Notes under the pieces: model-generated | Database searches by the model: none | What the model was told of the DNA's origin: nothing | What the model saw: only the letters and a program-made list of their open reading frames with translations | From: Lytechinus pictus | Taxonomy: Eukaryota | NCBI RefSeq assembly: GCF_037042905.1 | Contig: NC_087263.1 | Location: forward strand, 14,014,001-14,078,000 | DNA: 64,000 nt | Direction of reading: 5' to 3' | Translations under genes and position numbers: made by a program | Part shown: one piece after another, positions 61,422 through 64,000 of the stretch | Layout: every line of letters begins with the position of its first letter | Numbering within the stretch: the stretch's first letter is position 1

Positions 61422-62331
61422 TAAATGCTAGCAGTACAGGCTTTGCAAAAAGAACTTACTCATTTCACTGTGTTGTAGATTAATTTTCAGTCACTGACAT
61501 GAAGTAAGGCTTTTTCATATTACCTTAAGGTTTAAAAAAGAAAATGTATTATTTTTCAATACAAATTAATGTGGCATATTAAGAGTGAACTCTTCATACG
61601 TCACTTCATCTTTCGAAACTTTCATAACTTGCACACTAATCAACTCTGTAGTCTCTGTTGTGGATGAGATGCCTAAAAAAGTCCAAAACCCGAAAGTTCA
61701 GTCACCTACATTATTTTGTAACGGGACAAATCGATGCTTCAAATAGGCCATTCGATTTGAGGTTGAAAAGCCTGTCAAGTCGTTGTTCGCAAATCCGCCG
61801 CTACACCGTTTTGACAGAGAGAGGAACTCAAAAACCTGATACATCGAAAATTTCATCTCCCCACAGAATAGCCAGCCAGCTACGCAATCATTCAGGATTC
61901 AATTAGGGAAATTTGAATTCCCGCTCTGCATTAATCCCCAGGTTATTCTTTCGGGTGATTGAATTGAAATGTATTAGGTTTCTTTCATTTTTCTTATTTT
62001 TTTACAGCTAGTGTAGTCCTGTTTCGTTCTGTTTGATATTGTTGCTGTTTGAGGGAATTTCACAATGATGTTGGTGTATTTAAACAAACGCGAGATATCT
62101 AACTCGTTTTTTTCTTCTTCCTCGTTTTCATTATTTTATTTCTTTTATCATGGAGCTAGCTAGCTCCATGCTTTGATGGTAGAAATAACTCAACGCGGTT
62201 TGTTGCAGGCTATACAGGGAATAAATGCATTTATTTAATGAACTACGGAGCTTGTCTTCTTGAGTTATCTAAAGTGTTGTGCTTTGCTTTTCAATCTCGA
62301 TTCCCATCCTCTCTTCTCTTTCTCTTCAATA

Positions 62332-62648
62332 CATGGGCGGAAATCCCAGGGGGGACAGGGGGACGTGTCCCCCTTACCAAAAATAGTAGGGGGGACACAA
62401 TATCAAATGCCCCCCCCCCTACTATTTTTGGTCTCTTATGATGGAGAAAAATACATCACTTCAAAATCGAAATAATGCATGTATTTTGGACTAAATGACC
62501 TTATATTTTGGGTGAAAACCCTTCTTTTTTTTTTGCTTGTCAAATTTTTTGGGGGTTAAAATGACCTTACATTTTTTATGACAACCTTTTTTCTTTTCTT
62601 TTTGTTTTACTCGTCCCCCCTACCTTTGGGTACAGATTTCCGCCCATG
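62332..62648. mobile_element. hAT-like MITE, 317 bp, 8-bp TSD
   Basis: CTTCAATA|CATGGGCGGAAATC...GATTTCCGCCCATG|CTTCAATA. Confidence 0.93.
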
Positions 62649-62744
62649 CTTCAATACCAAAAAAATAAAATATAAATAACATGAATAACGGAACTATTGG
62701 TCTGTTCAGTATCATCGCCCCATCCCTCTCTTCCCCATCGGTCC

Positions 62745-63048
62745 ATCAGCCAATCAGTGATATTTCACTAACTATTGTTATAAGCTACCGAATCCTTGCA
62801 TCTGATTGGCGAAGAGCAAATTGGTCAGTGAAAATCATAATTATTTATTTCATGAAACACTCCCCCTGACAACACTGTACCAAATGCAAAATGGTCATGA
62901 TGATCGAACCGAGGGAGCATTTCACGAAACTGATAATCAGTTATTTTCACTGACAAATGTTATAAGCTACCAAAATCCTTGCATCTCATTGGCTCAGAGC
63001 ATATTACCCAGTGAAAATCACTGACAAGGTGCTTCATGCAACACTCCT
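62745..63048. mobile_element. Two adjacent copies of the CCAAT-containing MITE
   Basis: TGTTATAAGCTACC.AATCCTTGCATCT.ATTGGC..CAGTGAAAATCA..TTCATG.AACACTCC occurs at ~62745-62866 and ~62912-63048. Confidence 0.8.
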
Positions 63049-63202
63049 AAATCTGCGGATGATCTAACAAAGAGAAACCATATCGTGCGCTTCAAACTCG
63101 CCTTATCGTACAGATAAAATCAGTGTTATTTTGTTTACATCTTTGTTTACTATCGTTTGTTGGTTATACCATACCAGTGTATATCATCTTTATCAGTACA
63201 AA

Positions 63203-63542
63203 GCACAATGTAACAGTCACACCAACGAAACCTACTCCAAACCGACCAATTGTATGTCATTGGAAATAACGTAAAAGCTTTGATCGGTCTGGAATCGGTT
63301 CCCGTATGTGAGTGCAGCACAATGCTCGGTCACACCAACGAAACCGACTCCAAACCGACCGATGGTATGTCATTGGTAATAACGCAATTGCTTTGATCGG
63401 TCTCGAGTAGGTTACCGTTGTGCGACTGCAGCACAGTGACGGTCGCATCAAGATAACCGACTTCAAACCGATCGGTAGTATGTCATTGGTAATAACGTAA
63501 TAGCTTTGATCGGTCTGGAGTCGGTTTCGTTGATGTGACTTT
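63203..63542. repeat. Three head-to-tail copies of the ~105-bp hairpin element
   Basis: Units start GCACA(A/G)TG at ~63203, 63317 and 63431, period ~114 bp. Confidence 0.9.
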
Positions 63543-63705
63543 ACCGTTAGAGTTCATGGAATTTTGTTCATTAATCTGTTCCATGATGAGGGTTATTATG
63601 TTGATGCCCAAATATGGATATACAGACCGAGTTTTTTCATCCTCTTCATGACCTAGTCGATGAAAACATAGAGGTAGTTTACCCCTATGTGATGAAAGTT
63701 CTTAA

Positions 63706-64000
63706 AGGTCAAGTCCACCTCAGAAAAACGTTGATTTGAATCAATAGAGCAAAATCAGACAAGTAAAATGGTGAAAATTTCATCAAAATTTGATGTAAAA
63801 TAAGAAAGATGTGACACTTTAAATTTCGCTTTTTTCACAAACAGTTATACGCACAATATAGTCACATTCAAGTGAGGGAATCGATGATGTCCCTCACTCA
63901 CTATTCCCTTTGTGTTTTATTGTTTGAATTATACAAAATTTTATTTTTTACAGGTTTGACAATAAGGAACAACTTGACTGAACCATTACATGTTAAACAA
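63706..64000. mobile_element. Kolobok-like element, left part (copy of 3024-3629), runs off the window
   Basis: TTAA|AGGTCAAGTCCACCTCAGAAAAA, colinear with 3024 onward. Confidence 0.9.

Noticed and set aside
63203..63542. CRISPR- or attC-like array
   Set aside because: The intervening sequences are homologous to each other, with no spacers or cassettes.

Overview
Eukaryotic non-coding DNA, most likely from a sea urchin (echinoid). That is an inference from the AT-rich background, frequent poly-G/poly-C runs, CT/GA tracts and deuterostome-type SINE bodies. I find no convincing intact protein-coding gene: the ORF track is mostly low-complexity or chance ORFs, and the only recognisable peptides are LINE reverse-transcriptase remnants. 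The window is a mosaic of non-autonomous DNA transposons or MITEs (TTAA-flanked Kolobok-like, TA-flanked Tc1/mariner-like, 3-bp-TSD Harbinger-like, 8-bp-TSD hAT-like and CACT-ended fold-backs), several tRNA-derived SINE families, L2/CR1-group LINE 3' ends and satellites, often nested. Unique stretches between them contain candidate minus-strand non-coding exons and cis-regulatory motifs. The most striking observation is a roughly 200-bp SINE at 23295-23499. Its head resembles the Alu domain of 7SL (SRP) RNA, while its body motif is shared with a tRNA-headed SINE at 53081-53286. Family and domain names come from recalled consensus sequences, not database searches, and coordinates were counted by hand.
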